Assembly: GCA_963804645.1 (NCBI GenBank)
Contig: CAWDRG010000017.1
Span: 608,001-672,000 of the forward strand
DNA from: an uncultured Bacillota bacterium
GTDB lineage: Bacteria > Sysuimicrobiota > Sysuimicrobiia > Sysuimicrobiales > Segetimicrobiaceae
DNA: 64,000 nt
Direction: 5' to 3'
The notes beneath the pieces are model-generated. The model searched no databases. It was given only the letters and a program-made list of their open reading frames with translations, and was not told the DNA's origin. Below are positions 49,020 to 57,914 of the stretch, piece after piece (position 1 is the stretch's first letter; each line of letters begins with the position of its first letter). Made by a program: the position numbers and the translations under genes.

Positions 49020-50130
49020 GGTACCGCTCGACCACGTCGTCTCGCACCTCGATGCCGAGCCCGGGCCCCCCGGGCGGCGCCATCCATCCGCCGGCCGCGG
49101 CGATCGGAGACACGACCAGATCGTCCTGCATAGGGTTCGGCAGCGGCTTGACCTCGAACAGCCGGAAGATCGGGCTCGAAAAGGACACGGCCAGGCTCGC
49201 CGCGGTCACGATCGCGGAGGACCACGCATGCGCGTTGGCCGCACGGCGGTGCTGCTCGACCAGCTCGCACACCTTGCGAAATCCGGTGATCCCCTCGGCC
49301 CGCCCCGGGTCGACGCCGACCACATCCACCGTCCCCGTCTCGAGCAAACGCTGGTAGCCGCGCAGGTTCCACTCGCGCTCGCCGTAGGCGACGGGTGTCC
49401 GGATCCGCGACCGCAGGTCACGGTACCCGTCGGGATCGTCGCCGCCGAGCGGCTCCTCGATCCAGTGGAGGCCGTACTCCTCCATCGCCGTCACGCGCGC
49501 CGCGGCCGCCGCCAGATCCCAGCGATTCGCGTTCCCGACGTCGATCATGATCAGCTTGTCAGGGCCGAGCGCCCGCCGCAGCGTCCGCATGAACGCGACG
49601 TCGCGGTCGTGGTCGTACCCCAGATGGGCGTCCCCGCGCTTCCCGAACCCGATCTTGATCCCCTGGAGGCCGCCCGCCAGCCAGCCCGCCATCTGCTCCG
49701 CGAGCGCGTCCAGCTCGGCCAGAAACGCGTGGCAGGAGCAGACCGCGGGCAGGCGCGGGTGCACGGCACCCCCCAGCAGCTCCAGCACGGATCGCCCGAC
49801 CGCTTTGCCGCGAAGGTCCCACACCGCGATGTCGAGCGCGGAGATCGCAAACGACGCGATCCCGCCGGGCCCGTACCACCAGGTGTGCTCCCGCATCGCG
49901 CGCCACAGCGCATCTGACTCGACGGGGTCGCGGCCCACGAGCAGCGGCGCGAGCCCCTCGACGATGACCGCCGCGGCCCGGGTGGCTTCGGGCCACATCG
50001 TCACCGCTTCCCCCCACCCCACCTGCCCGTCGTCCGCGCGTAGGCGCACCAGCAGCAGGTGGCGCGTGGCGCCGGCGTCGTTCGGTTCGGGATAGCACAC
50101 CGGGATCGGTTCGACGCTGACGATTCTCAT
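49012..50130 (-). CDS. Mandelate racemase family acid-sugar dehydratase-like enzyme
   Basis: GWGE, DIAVWDL.GK, MIDV, EEP, GERE, NAH, GPGLG. Confidence 0.92.
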   Translation of the reverse strand: MRIVSVEPIPVCYPEPNDAGATRHLLLVRLRADDGQVGWGEAVTMWPEATRAAAVIVEGLAPLLVGRDPVESDALWRAMREHTWWYGPGGIASFAISALDIAVWDLRGKAVGRSVLELLGGAVHPRLPAVCSCHAFLAELDALAEQMAGWLAGGLQGIKIGFGKRGDAHLGYDHDRDVAFMRTLRRALGPDKLIMIDVGNANRWDLAAAAARVTAMEEYGLHWIEEPLGGDDPDGYRDLRSRIRTPVAYGEREWNLRGYQRLLETGTVDVVGVDPGRAEGITGFRKVCELVEQHRRAANAHAWSSAIVTAASLAVSFSSPIFRLFEVKPLPNPMQDDLVVSPIAAAGGWMAPPGGPGLGIEVRDDVVERYRA

Positions 50131-50226
50131 CGTGACCTCGCAGTCGGGCGCCGAACGGGACGGCGCAAAGGGTCGCCGGTACGCGGCGCGGGCGCAACGC
50201 GCAGGCGCCTCCTCACGGGACGAGCG

Positions 50227-51624
50227 TCACACACGCAGCGGCTCGACGCCCAGCGCGGCGGCCGCGGCCGGGATCTCGAGATCGAGCCGCCCCGGGGCGA
50301 GCGCGTTGTGGTGGGTGGCGCCGGAGGCGATCCATCGCTCGCCCGCGTCCCCGCTCGGTCCGGTGTCGAACCGAAACATTCCGCTCGGCCCGCCGAGGCG
50401 GTGGTGGCGCGTCTCGACGACCTCGCCCGTCGCCCACGCGAGCCGCCACCCCGCGGCGCCCGGTGACAGCGAGAGCAGCGTCGCGGGTCCGGGCCGGAGC
50501 GCGAACGACACGCACGTCCCGCTGCCGCACCGCCCCGGGTAGTGGTCGTTCGGCGCCAGCGCCACCCGGTCGGGAGGCTCCGCCCATCCGGGATCGCCCT
50601 CGCCGCCCGCGGCCAGGAGCATGAGCCCGGTGTCGATCTCGGCGGCGTAGCACTCGCAGTAGAGCGCGGCGCCGGCGAGGCGCCGCGCCAGCGCGAGCGC
50701 GATCGCCGTGGGCTGATCGCCGGTGCAGGACAGCGGGCGGCCCTCGCCCGTCAGCATCGACACGCCGAGGCACGCCGTGAGCCCGATGTTCGGGTTCGTG
50801 CGAAACCAGGATGTGTGGCAGTTCACGGTGCCGAACGCGGCACCGCTGCCGTCCATCAGCGCCTCGAGCGCCAGCGCGAGGCGCGCGCTCCCCTCCGCCT
50901 GCGGACCGCCGTCGCCCGACCAGCCGCGGCTCCGGAGACGTTCGAGCAGCGCGCGCGCGCCGGCCGGCGCCACCGCGGCGAACGCCTCGTCGAGCTCTCG
51001 CGGGGACACGCGCCGCTCCCGAATCCCGAGCCGGGAGAGATCGCCGGGCGACGCCTCGACGTCGAGATACCCCGCGATCGGATCGCCGATCCGCAGCGCC
51101 ACCGCGTCGCGGAAGCTCCCGGCCGCGGCCGCGGCGCGCACCAGGCGCCGGAGCCGCTCGATCCCGGCGGCATCGTCCGGCGCGGCGGTCACGACCGGGG
51201 CGGACCGGCCGTCGCGGATCAAGACGTTGGCGAGCATCACGCACGCGACGGCCGCGGTATGCTCGGTCGCCTGGGCCTGCGTCCACCCCTCCGGCAGGCG
51301 CGCGGTCTCGACGGGATTCCAGATCACGACCGGCACCGGACATGCCCGCAGGACCGCGGCCCCGAAGCTCGGCGGCGCCGCCATCGTCGGCGCGAACACG
51401 ATCGCGTCGAGCCGCTCCCCGGCGAGGGCACGCGCGGCGGCATGCGCGCCGCCGTCGTCCTCGATCAACCCGGGGTACACCACGTCACACCACTGGCCGA
51501 GCACCGAGGCGTAGCGCCGCGCACGCTCCTGCATGCGGGCCGGAAAGTCTGGCGGCATCTGCCCGTCGAAAAACCGGAACCGGACCGAGACGAGCCCGAC
51601 GCGGGGACGCCACGCTCCCGTCAC
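50227..51624 (-). CDS. L-fucose/L-arabinose isomerase-like protein
   Basis: RVGLV N-domain, NCH, ACLG, SCTGD, PGPATL, C-terminal GATHH.AL; GTGA overlap with upstream gene. Confidence 0.7.
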   Translation of the reverse strand: MTGAWRPRVGLVSVRFRFFDGQMPPDFPARMQERARRYASVLGQWCDVVYPGLIEDDGGAHAAARALAGERLDAIVFAPTMAAPPSFGAAVLRACPVPVVIWNPVETARLPEGWTQAQATEHTAAVACVMLANVLIRDGRSAPVVTAAPDDAAGIERLRRLVRAAAAAGSFRDAVALRIGDPIAGYLDVEASPGDLSRLGIRERRVSPRELDEAFAAVAPAGARALLERLRSRGWSGDGGPQAEGSARLALALEALMDGSGAAFGTVNCHTSWFRTNPNIGLTACLGVSMLTGEGRPLSCTGDQPTAIALALARRLAGAALYCECYAAEIDTGLMLLAAGGEGDPGWAEPPDRVALAPNDHYPGRCGSGTCVSFALRPGPATLLSLSPGAAGWRLAWATGEVVETRHHRLGGPSGMFRFDTGPSGDAGERWIASGATHHNALAPGRLDLEIPAAAAALGVEPLRV

Positions 51625-53141
51625 GAGGGCGGCTCCAGCGGAGGCTCCTCCGCGAAACTCGGTTGCCGTCCGGTCGCGGTCCAGGTGTCCCCCGCGAACG
51701 GCGGCCGCTCGGGAAAGACCCGCTCCAGGTTGCGGACGGCGCGCTCGACCAGGATCCGCTCGCACTCGGGCGAGACCGGCGCCGGCAGCCCGTGGGGCCG
51801 ATTTCCGTACTCGGGCTCGTACCCGCCCTCCGGGTACGACGCCGCGGTCGGAAAGTAGCAGACCTCGCCGTTCGCGTAGCCGGCGTACAGCGTGGGCGCC
51901 GCCGGCGACCGTTCCTTGACCGCGAGCCCGATCTCGGTGAAGATCTCCCCCGGCCCGGTCACGATCGCACCCTGACCGATCCGGATCGCGTTGATCGGGC
52001 CGGCACCGTAGGTGACGGCGGTGCCGGCGCGGATCTGCGCCTCCGTGCGCCGCGCCCACACCAGATGGTAGCGCCAGATGTTGCGCTGGGCGGGTCCGCC
52101 GCTGCGCTCCGCCTCCGCGAACGCGGCCTCGTACTGCGCGCGCAGCCGCCCGATCTCGTCGAGGGTCGGAAGCGGCAGGAGCGGAAAGCGGACGTCTTCC
52201 TCGACCGCGGCGAGCACCGGCGCCTCGTCCAGGTCGTCCCGGTAGCGGTAGAGCGAAAAGGGCGTGGCGGAACCGTCGGGCCTCCGCTCCCACCGCCGCC
52301 GCCCCGCGGTGCGGTCGGCCAGCGCGTGCAGCGCCTCCAGCGCGAGCCGGCGGCCGAATCGCTCCGCGTCCCCGTGGCCGGCGAACGCGACGCGCGGCAG
52401 CACGTTGCCGCCGGCGCCCTGCAGAAACACCGCCTCGCCGCCGGTCCAATCCCGGAGCGCCCGCCGCATCGGCCCCGGATAATCGGCCGAGTAGTCAAAG
52501 ACGTCCGGGCCCACGGTGACCGGGTGGCACCCGTACGACACGACGGTCGCGATCGCCGACCCGTCGGCCCGTCTCGCCTGGAGGGCCGTCACCGAGCGAT
52601 CGACGAGGCCGTCCGGACGCCAGCCGAGGATCACGCGGCCGTCCGGCGCGCGCTCACGCCGGTTCACCGCCAGATCCGCGGCGCCGAGCCCCCACGCGAC
52701 CGCCGCGGGCTCGAGTCGATGCGACGCGAGCGCGGCGGCCTCCACGATGCGCTCGTACATCGTGTCGAGATAGGCGCCGAGCGCCCCTAGCGTCTCGTCC
52801 GTAGGGTCGCCGCCCCCGAGCCCGAGGTCCCCGAAGCTGCGGTCGCCGGGCGGCGCGCAATGGGTGTGGTTCCAGTTCAAGATCACACCCTCGGGCGCGG
52901 CGCCCGCGGCGGCCGCGACCCGCGCGCGCAGCGCATCGACCGCCGGGCGCTGAATCGCCGCGGTGTCCACCCCGCACAGCAGGACGCGCGTCCCGCCCAC
53001 CTCGAGCGCGAGCGCGGTCACCTCGAGCGGCGCCCCGTACCCTTCGGCGTGCCGGTAGCGCCGGATAAACCCCTGCATCGGCAGCCCGAGCGGCGGGGCG
53101 ATCGACAGCGCGGCGGCCCCCGCGCGCAGCGGCCCGGTCAT
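51621..53141 (-). CDS. Neutral/alkaline ceramidase-like amidohydrolase
   Basis: NHTHCAP, AVNRR, YGCHP, SADYPG, FLQGAGG, PGEIF, GYANG, GGYE. Confidence 0.8.
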   Translation of the reverse strand: MTGPLRAGAAALSIAPPLGLPMQGFIRRYRHAEGYGAPLEVTALALEVGGTRVLLCGVDTAAIQRPAVDALRARVAAAAGAAPEGVILNWNHTHCAPPGDRSFGDLGLGGGDPTDETLGALGAYLDTMYERIVEAAALASHRLEPAAVAWGLGAADLAVNRRERAPDGRVILGWRPDGLVDRSVTALQARRADGSAIATVVSYGCHPVTVGPDVFDYSADYPGPMRRALRDWTGGEAVFLQGAGGNVLPRVAFAGHGDAERFGRRLALEALHALADRTAGRRRWERRPDGSATPFSLYRYRDDLDEAPVLAAVEEDVRFPLLPLPTLDEIGRLRAQYEAAFAEAERSGGPAQRNIWRYHLVWARRTEAQIRAGTAVTYGAGPINAIRIGQGAIVTGPGEIFTEIGLAVKERSPAAPTLYAGYANGEVCYFPTAASYPEGGYEPEYGNRPHGLPAPVSPECERILVERAVRNLERVFPERPPFAGDTWTATGRQPSFAEEPPLEPPS

Positions 53142-53193
53142 CGGCCCCGCCTTCGGACCGGCGCGAGCGGTGCGTGCGTGAGACGGCGCATGC

Positions 53194-53967
53194 TTAGGCT
53201 CCCACGATCAACCGGATGAGATCGTCCATCGTCACGGTATGGCTCGGCACGTCGGCGACCTTCTGCCCGTGCCGCATCACCACCACGTGGTCGGCGAGCT
53301 CGATCACGTGCGGCAGGATGTGACTGACCATCACCACCGCGACGCCGCGGTCCACGATGCTCCGCACGAGGTCGAGGACCGCGCGCGCCTCCTGCACGCC
53401 GAGCGCCGCGGTGGGCTCGTCCATGAAGAGCACATCGGTGGTCCAGAACGCGGCACGGGCGATCGCGACCGACTGCTGCTGCCCGCCCGACAGCTTGCCG
53501 ACCGGCACGCCCCGGAGGCTCGGGATTTTGACGTTGAGCCGCCGGATCTCCTCGCCGGCGAGGTGGCGCATCCGCGCCTCGTCGAGGCGGCGGAGCATCG
53601 GCAGCCCCATCACCGGCCGGGTGAGCTCGCGCCCGAGAAAGATGTTGCTGACCGCGTCCAGGTTCGGGGCGAGGGCGAGCTCCTGGTACACGACCTCGAC
53701 CCGCTGCCGGCGCGCGTCCAGCGGGCCCGCGAACCGCGTCTCGCCGCCCCGCAGCATCAACCGTCCCGCGTCCGGCTGCAGCGCCCCGGTCAGCATCTTG
53801 ACGAGCGTGGACTTGCCGGCGCCGTTGTCGCCGACGATGGCGGTCAACTCCGCGTGACGGATGTCGAGATCGACGCCGCGGCACGCCTCGATCGGGCCGA
53901 AGCGCTTCGACAGCCCGCGCGCGGCGTAGACGACCTCGCCCTTCGCCCGAACGGCGGGCGCGCTCAC
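53194..53967 (-). CDS. Sugar ABC transporter ATP-binding protein (single domain)
   Basis: GDNGAGKST, LSGGQ, MDEPT, VSH. Confidence 0.94.
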   Translation of the reverse strand: MSAPAVRAKGEVVYAARGLSKRFGPIEACRGVDLDIRHAELTAIVGDNGAGKSTLVKMLTGALQPDAGRLMLRGGETRFAGPLDARRQRVEVVYQELALAPNLDAVSNIFLGRELTRPVMGLPMLRRLDEARMRHLAGEEIRRLNVKIPSLRGVPVGKLSGGQQQSVAIARAAFWTTDVLFMDEPTAALGVQEARAVLDLVRSIVDRGVAVVMVSHILPHVIELADHVVVMRHGQKVADVPSHTVTMDDLIRLIVGA

Positions 53968-54986
53968 CGCGCCCGCCTCTTCGCGCGGTACTCGTCGACG
54001 ATCACCGCGAGCAGGAGCGCGGCGCCCTGGACCACCAACTGCCACTGGTTCGACAGATTGAGCAGCGTCAGGCCGTTGGCGACCACCCCGAGCACGAACA
54101 CCCCGATCACGGTCCCGACCACCGAGCCGCGGCCGCCCCCAAGCCCGGTCCCGCCCAGGATCACCGACGCGATGATCGGCAGTTCGAGGCCCTGCGCCGC
54201 GTACGCCAGCCCCGTCCCGGTGAAGCCGGCGAGCACGATGCCGCTGAACGCGGCGAATATGCCGCTGAGCACGTACATCTGCATGCGGCGGCGCTCCACG
54301 GGGATACCGGCCAGCCGCGCCATGCTGCCCCCGGGGGTGCCGCCGATCGCGTAGATGTGCCGCCCGAACACCGTGAAGCGCATCCACCAGCCGACGAGCA
54401 GAAACGCCACGAGCATGAACAGCGCCGGCACGGGCAGGCCCAGCAGCGTCCCCTGCCCGATGTACAGAAAGTGCCGCTCGGTGATGACGAGCTCCTGGCT
54501 CTGCACGACGAGGAACGCCGCGCCCCGGACCACGAACTGGGTCGCGATCGTGACGATCAGGGGGTTGATGCCGAGATACGTCACGATCGCGCCGTTCACC
54601 ATGCCGACGAGCGCCCCCGACGCGAGCCCCGCGGCGATCACCAGAGGCCACGGGACCCCTTTCGCCAGCAGCTCCGCGCACACGGTGCCCGCGAGCGCCA
54701 TGACCGCGGAGATCGAGAGGTCCAGCCCGCCGCCGATCAGGACGAGCGTCGTGATCGCGGCCGTGATGCCCGTGTACGACACCGCGCGCGCGACGTTGAG
54801 CGCGTTCTGCGGCAGGAGAAAATACGGCGACAGCGCGGCGAAGATCGCGCACAGGACCAGGAACGCGCCGAACAGCCCGATCTGGTCGGACCCGGAGCCG
54901 CCGAGCCACGCCGCGACCGGGCCGCGGGGCCGACGCGTTCTGGACACGTCTCCGGCGGCGTCCAGCGGCCCGGAGCGGGACCCCAT
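53964..54986 (-). CDS. Sugar ABC permease (RbsC-like)
   Basis: GGLDLS, FGRHIYAIGG, ILGG....GG.G. Confidence 0.94.
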   Translation of the reverse strand: MGSRSGPLDAAGDVSRTRRPRGPVAAWLGGSGSDQIGLFGAFLVLCAIFAALSPYFLLPQNALNVARAVSYTGITAAITTLVLIGGGLDLSISAVMALAGTVCAELLAKGVPWPLVIAAGLASGALVGMVNGAIVTYLGINPLIVTIATQFVVRGAAFLVVQSQELVITERHFLYIGQGTLLGLPVPALFMLVAFLLVGWWMRFTVFGRHIYAIGGTPGGSMARLAGIPVERRRMQMYVLSGIFAAFSGIVLAGFTGTGLAYAAQGLELPIIASVILGGTGLGGGRGSVVGTVIGVFVLGVVANGLTLLNLSNQWQLVVQGAALLLAVIVDEYRAKRRAR

Positions 54987-54994
54987 TCCCGAGC

Positions 54995-56080
54995 TCAGGG
55001 AATGTTGCTCTTATCGAGCACGTGCAGCTGCTGGTGGATCTCGGTGGGGACGGGCTTGTCCTCGAAGATGTCCATGGCCAGCGGCACGAGGTAGTTGGCG
55101 TACCCGCTCCAGCCGAAATCGACCGTCCCGACAAACGCGCCGCCGGCCTTGATCACCGGGGTGGCGTCCGAGCCGCCGCCGGCGCCCATCACGACGCCGT
55201 CGGCGGTCCGGTTCGCGCCCTGAAACGCGTTCGTGGCGCCGATCGCGAAGATGTCGGCGATGGTACAGACCAACACGTGGTGGTCGTTCGGGTGGGCGGT
55301 CAGCCAGTCGGTCGTCTTCGTCTGGGCGTCCGCCGTGCTCGGGGCCACGCTCGGGAGGTTATCGACCCGGACGCCGGGCAGCGCGGCCTGCACCGCCGCC
55401 TGACAGTCGCCGATCCGCAGCCCGATCGACTCGCCAAGCCCGGGATCCTGCACCCCGAGCACGGTCACGGTGTTGGCGGCCCAATTGTGCTGCTTCACAT
55501 AGGCGGCCAGATACTGGCCCTCGGCCTTGCCGACGTCGGAGTTGCTGGCGCCGAACACCACGGTATTGGGCGCGGGCGCCGTCACCTGAATGATCGGCGT
55601 GCAGCCGCGCGCGTAGATGCCGTTCACCGCCTGCATCACGGCCGTGAGGACGTTGAAGCTGATCACGACGCTCGGGCCGCGGAGCTCGATCGCCTGGGCC
55701 TGCGTGACCGGCTCGGTCGTGCTGGGCAGTGCGTAGTTGCCGATCAGCAGCGGGATCCCGAGCTTCTGCGTCACCGCCATCATGCCGTTGTTGAAGGCGT
55801 CCAGCAGCGGCTGCCCCTGGCCCTGTTCCCCAAACCCGATGCGCATCGGCCGCAGCGGCTGGCGGAGCACCGCGACCCACTTCGCCGGATGCGTGCTGGC
55901 CGGCTTATAGCTGCAGCTCAGCTTGTCCCAGACGACCCAGGTATCGCTCGTCGACCCCGGCTCGACCGTCGAGATCACCTGCGGCGCGCCGAGCGCGGGG
56001 GACAGCGCCATGACGGAGCAGACCAGGGCCAGGCACGCACCCACGAGCCGCCGATCAAGCCAAGACCATCGTGTCATCAT
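54995..56080 (-). CDS. Sugar ABC substrate-binding protein (RbsB-like)
   Basis: Signal peptide, DWLTAHP, D..A.GA; first gene of the sugar ABC operon. Confidence 0.85.
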   Translation of the reverse strand: MMTRWSWLDRRLVGACLALVCSVMALSPALGAPQVISTVEPGSTSDTWVVWDKLSCSYKPASTHPAKWVAVLRQPLRPMRIGFGEQGQGQPLLDAFNNGMMAVTQKLGIPLLIGNYALPSTTEPVTQAQAIELRGPSVVISFNVLTAVMQAVNGIYARGCTPIIQVTAPAPNTVVFGASNSDVGKAEGQYLAAYVKQHNWAANTVTVLGVQDPGLGESIGLRIGDCQAAVQAALPGVRVDNLPSVAPSTADAQTKTTDWLTAHPNDHHVLVCTIADIFAIGATNAFQGANRTADGVVMGAGGGSDATPVIKAGGAFVGTVDFGWSGYANYLVPLAMDIFEDKPVPTEIHQQLHVLDKSNIP

Positions 56081-56384
56081 CAACCTCACGAAGGTGCGAC
56101 GTGTGCGAGCAACGACCGCAGAGCGCGCGTACCGCCCGGGTGCGCGCCATCCTGGTTCGACCCGGCGCCCGCGTCACCTGCCCCGCGGCCCCGCGCGAGG
56201 CCAAGCGTACCGTGCCGACCCGCAGGCCGCGGTCGCCGCGCGAGATTCATCGGGTCCGCGCACCGGGTTCATCCGACCTTCACCCGGCCGGGATACAGTA
56301 GGGTCGGAGGCGCTCATTCGGGGACTCGGCGCCGAGCCACCGCGCGAGCACCGGCCGCACAGATCGTACGGGAGGTGGGGACAG

Positions 56385-56660
56385 ATGACACTGACGTCGA
56401 GGGTAAAAGCTCGGTCCGTGCAGATCGCGATGGTGGGCATGGCGGTGCTCGCGCTCGGCGCGCTGCCGGCCTTTGCGGACACGCCGTACCACGGCGGGCG
56501 GGCACCGCAGCAGCAGGTCATGCAGTGGGGCCGAGACACCGGCTGCGACGCGCGGGCGCCCCAATGGGACCGAGGCGGGCGCCGCGACGTCCGCGGGTGC
56601 GCGACAGACTTCACGCACCGGGATAACCGATTCGATCAGCACCAGGACAACCGGCGGTAG
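56385..56660 (+). CDS. Small secreted hypothetical protein
   Basis: GGAGGTG RBS; hydrophobic signal ending PAFA-D; polar tail. Confidence 0.6.
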   Translation: MTLTSRVKARSVQIAMVGMAVLALGALPAFADTPYHGGRAPQQQVMQWGRDTGCDARAPQWDRGGRRDVRGCATDFTHRDNRFDQHQDNRR

Positions 56661-56816
56661 GCTCGGCAGTCGAACCGTGCCGGGAGCGCGGCCCGCACCG
56701 CGCTCCCGGCACGTGCGTGCGGCGAGCGGCGGGGCCCGCCGATGAGGTACTATAGTGTGCGAGCGTACGGATCACCCGCGGCGCGGGCGCGCGCCGGCCA
56801 AAGGGAGGGAACAGCG

Positions 56817-57059
56817 ATGGAAGATCAGGATGTCCTCGGCAGGATTAATGCGCTCGCCCACGAGGAGCATGCGATCTGGCAGAAGGAATCCCGCGGCGAA
56901 GCCAGCGAGACCGATCGGAAGCGCCTGAGCGAGCTCGAAGTCATGCTGGACCAGTGTTGGGATCTGCTGCACCAGCGCAAAGCCCGCAGAGCGGCCGGTC
57001 TCAATCCGGAGGACGCCAAGCCGCGCGACCCGCGGACGGTGGAGGGCTACATCGGTTGA
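56817..57059 (+). CDS. DUF2630-like small protein
   Basis: I..L..EEH...LEV.LDQCWDLL.QR.A.R..G.NP..A..R...VEGY. Confidence 0.85.
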   Translation: MEDQDVLGRINALAHEEHAIWQKESRGEASETDRKRLSELEVMLDQCWDLLHQRKARRAAGLNPEDAKPRDPRTVEGYIG

Positions 57060-57172
57060 CGTCGGCGACCCAAGCCAGCTGCACCGGAACAGCGGCAGCC
57101 AACCCGATGCAGTCGGGACCCCGATCGTCGACCGCACGGTCTCGCAGTGCAGCGCAGTAAGGAGGGTCGCGC

Positions 57173-57817
57173 ATGAACGTTGGGGTGCTGGGAAGCGGGG
57201 ACGTCGGGAAGGCGCTGGGCCAGGGGTTTGTCCAACTCGGACACCGCGTCATGATGGGGTCCCGCGAACCGAACAGCGCGGGCGCCGTCGCGTGGGCCGC
57301 GGCCGCCGGTCCCAACGCCTCCCACGGCACGTTCGCGCAGGCGGCGCAGTTCGGCGACGTGGTCGTCCTCGCGACGCTCGGCGTGGCGTCGGAGAACGCG
57401 ATACGGCTGGCCGGGGTTGACCAGTTCCGCGGCAAGCTGGTGCTGGACGCGACGAACCCCCTCGATGCATCGAAAGGGATGCCGCCGGTGCTCGTCGGCG
57501 GGGTCGGGGATTCGGGCGGAGAGAAGCATCAGCGCCTGCTGCCGGACGCGCACGTGGTGAAGGCCTTCAACACCGTGGGGCACGCCCTGATGTTCCGCCC
57601 GCAGCTACCCGGCGGCCCCCCCGACATGTTCATCTGCGGCCAGAGCGCCGATGCCAAGAAGCGCGCGGCGGAGATCTGCAGGGACTTCGGCTGGGAGGTC
57701 GTCGACGTCGGCGGGATCAGCGCCGCGCACTACCTCGAGGCGATGTGCCTGGTGTGGGTGCTGGCGGGGGTGAGCGGCGGCAACTGGAAGCAAGCATTCA
57801 AGCTGCTCCGCGCCTGA
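57173..57817 (+). CDS. NADP oxidoreductase, F420-dependent (FNO)-like family
   Basis: GSGDVG, GSR, DATNP, VVKAFNT. Confidence 0.88.
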   Translation: MNVGVLGSGDVGKALGQGFVQLGHRVMMGSREPNSAGAVAWAAAAGPNASHGTFAQAAQFGDVVVLATLGVASENAIRLAGVDQFRGKLVLDATNPLDASKGMPPVLVGGVGDSGGEKHQRLLPDAHVVKAFNTVGHALMFRPQLPGGPPDMFICGQSADAKKRAAEICRDFGWEVVDVGGISAAHYLEAMCLVWVLAGVSGGNWKQAFKLLRA

Positions 57818-57854
57818 GCGGACGACCCGGCAGGCTCCGCCGTCGCCCCCTCAG

Positions 57855-57886
57855 ACAAGAGCCCGGGGAATCCCCCGGGCTCTTGT
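57855..57886. terminator. Bidirectional hairpin terminator between convergent genes
   Basis: acaagagcccgggg-aatc-ccccgggctcttgt, 14-bp perfect stem. Confidence 0.8.
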
Positions 57887-57914
57887 GTCGTGCACGTCCG
57901 AGCGCGCGTGGCGT

